DNA of 25,631 nucleotides from a virus (taxonomy: Duplodnaviria > Caudoviricetes), in IMG/VR virus record IMGVR_UViG_3300017704_000748, positions 1-25,631 of that record; one strand, written 5' to 3'. The translations under genes and the position numbers were made by a program. Positions 24,524 through 25,631 of this stretch are shown here, piece by piece. The notes below the pieces were generated by a model. The model worked only from the letters and a program-made list of their open reading frames with translations, was not told where the DNA came from and ran no database searches. Numbering within the stretch: the first letter of the stretch is position 1; every line of letters starts with the position of its first letter.

Positions 24524-24732
24524 AACTAAAGGATCAGATAAATGAAGGTATCAATATAAGAGACTTTGATGATTTGGGTGATGAGATTGATCATGCGATC
24601 GACATTGTCGAATCAGCTGGGAAGTTCATAAAGAAGAACAGTAAAGAATTCCCCGATATCAGAGCAACTCTTGAAGATGTTAAAATGGCGAGAGAGTCAT
24701 TGGGCGAAATCAATATGGCAATTCCAGGCTAA
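24520..24732 (+). CDS. Small hypothetical protein, candidate internal head protein
   Basis: ATGA overlap; leader MKLKDQINE. Confidence 0.7.
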   Translation: MKLKDQINEGINIRDFDDLGDEIDHAIDIVESAGKFIKKNSKEFPDIRATLEDVKMARESLGEINMAIPG

Positions 24733-24741
24733 GAGAGAAAA

Positions 24742-24834
24742 ATGAAACTAAATAAAAGCGCCGTCCGTGGCGATGCAGTTGACGATTGGGAAGAGCACCA
24801 TGATCAAATGTTTGGAGATGGACAAGATGGCTAA
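24742..24834 (+). CDS. Possible 30-aa ORF coupled to the protease start (not in ORF track)
   Basis: MKLNKSAVRGDAVDDWEEHHDQMFGDGQDG; fills the gap and overlaps ATG 24827 (ATGGCTAA). Confidence 0.35.
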   Translation: MKLNKSAVRGDAVDDWEEHHDQMFGDGQDG

Positions 24835-25426
24835 CTACACAGAAGTAACAAAGCTACTGGCTGAATTCCAGCTATTTGAATATGAAACATCACCTGCTGA
24901 AGCAGATGATGGTATCGTTCGAATGAAGGGAATCATTCAGACAGCCAATAAAGTCAATGCAAATGGTAGAGTATACCCAAGAGCTATTCTCGAAAGAGAA
25001 GATACCAAGTTCAACGAACTCGTCCGCGAAAGAAGAGCCCTTGGTGAACTGGATCATCCAGATAGTCCTATTGTCCAACTTGAGAATGTGTCACATGTTG
25101 TGACCGAAACTCAATGGGATGGGGATGACCTGACGGGTATCATCGAAGTACTCGATACTCCTAAAGGACAGATTCTTGGCAAGCTGGTTGAAAGAGGAAT
25201 CAAGCTTGGCATCTCATCGAGAGGCCTTGGCTCAACTACCAAGACCAACGAAGGTCACGATCTGGTTGAAGATGACTTTTCATTGGTAACCTATGACATG
25301 GTCTCTAATCCATCAACATCTAACGCATTCATGCATCTTCGTGAATCATCACAGTTCAAGCAGCTCACTGAGCAAACGAACTTGATGAAGATCGACGATA
25401 TCGTTAGTGAAATTCTGGGGCTATAA
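24827..25426 (+). CDS. Prohead protease (T4 gp21-like)
   Basis: NANGRVYP, ALGELDHP, VSH, GISSRGLGS, DMVSNPST.NA; GGAG at 24814-24817 supports ATG 24827. Confidence 0.93.
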   Translation: MANYTEVTKLLAEFQLFEYETSPAEADDGIVRMKGIIQTANKVNANGRVYPRAILEREDTKFNELVRERRALGELDHPDSPIVQLENVSHVVTETQWDGDDLTGIIEVLDTPKGQILGKLVERGIKLGISSRGLGSTTKTNEGHDLVEDDFSLVTYDMVSNPSTSNAFMHLRESSQFKQLTEQTNLMKIDDIVSEILGL

Positions 25427-25427
25427 A

Positions 25428-25631
25428 ATGAAAGTAAAGAAAAGCGAACTTGTCGCGCTCATCGAAGAAGTATTAAACGAAAAAAACATACCTATTAATA
25501 AGAGATGGGCGGTTAAAAGGCCACCCAAGTTTAAAGCGTATGCACCTGAATATTCTAAGAAAGAAGTGATAACGAATATGCAGGATGCAAAAACATCAAT
25601 AAGTATGGTATCATCCATACAGGATTTTAGT
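25428..25631 (+). CDS. Partial hypothetical protein running off the window (not in ORF track)
   Basis: MKVKKSELVALIEEVLNEK..., open to the last base. Confidence 0.75.
   Translation, partial: MKVKKSELVALIEEVLNEKNIPINKRWAVKRPPKFKAYAPEYSKKEVITNMQDAKTSISMVSSIQDFS

Noticed and set aside
297-25618. Minus-strand ORFs in the track
   Set aside because: All overlap better-supported plus-strand features and show no recognisable motifs.
1-25631. Stop-codon reassignment, as in some large phages
   Set aside because: Conserved genes are full length in the standard code, and TAG, TGA and TAA each end credible genes.
1-25631. CRISPR array, tRNA genes, introns or inteins
   Set aside because: No regularly spaced repeats or complete cloverleaf seen; terminase, portal and primase appear uninterrupted. 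Checked by eye only.

Overview
A gene-dense, entirely plus-strand segment of a large T4-like tailed phage using the standard genetic code (TAA, TAG and TGA all end credible genes). In order: a DNA primase, a single-chain Mre11-Rad50 (gp47-gp46/SbcD-SbcC) fusion, an AmpD-type amidase, two broken NUMOD3-DUF559 endonuclease genes, a glycosyltransferase, a gp68-like basic core protein, a compact 310-nt phage tmRNA (tag GEETHQYKMAA), a zeta-toxin-like kinase, a possible ADP-ribosyltransferase-fold protein, a stand-alone WYL protein, a CobT-like VWA / CobS-like AAA+ pair with its own twin sigma70-type promoters and terminator, and the head module (large terminase, portal, small head proteins, gp21-like prohead protease). 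The most interesting cross-cutting signals are a shared N-terminal leader ending in [LI]xE on about ten unrelated ORFs, suggesting protease-matured cargo packaged in the head; a repeated intergenic TGATATTTATAG motif, whose core is the reverse complement of the T4 late promoter; and a two-state RNA hairpin over the primase ribosome-binding site. All protein calls rest on motifs recognised by eye; no searches were run.
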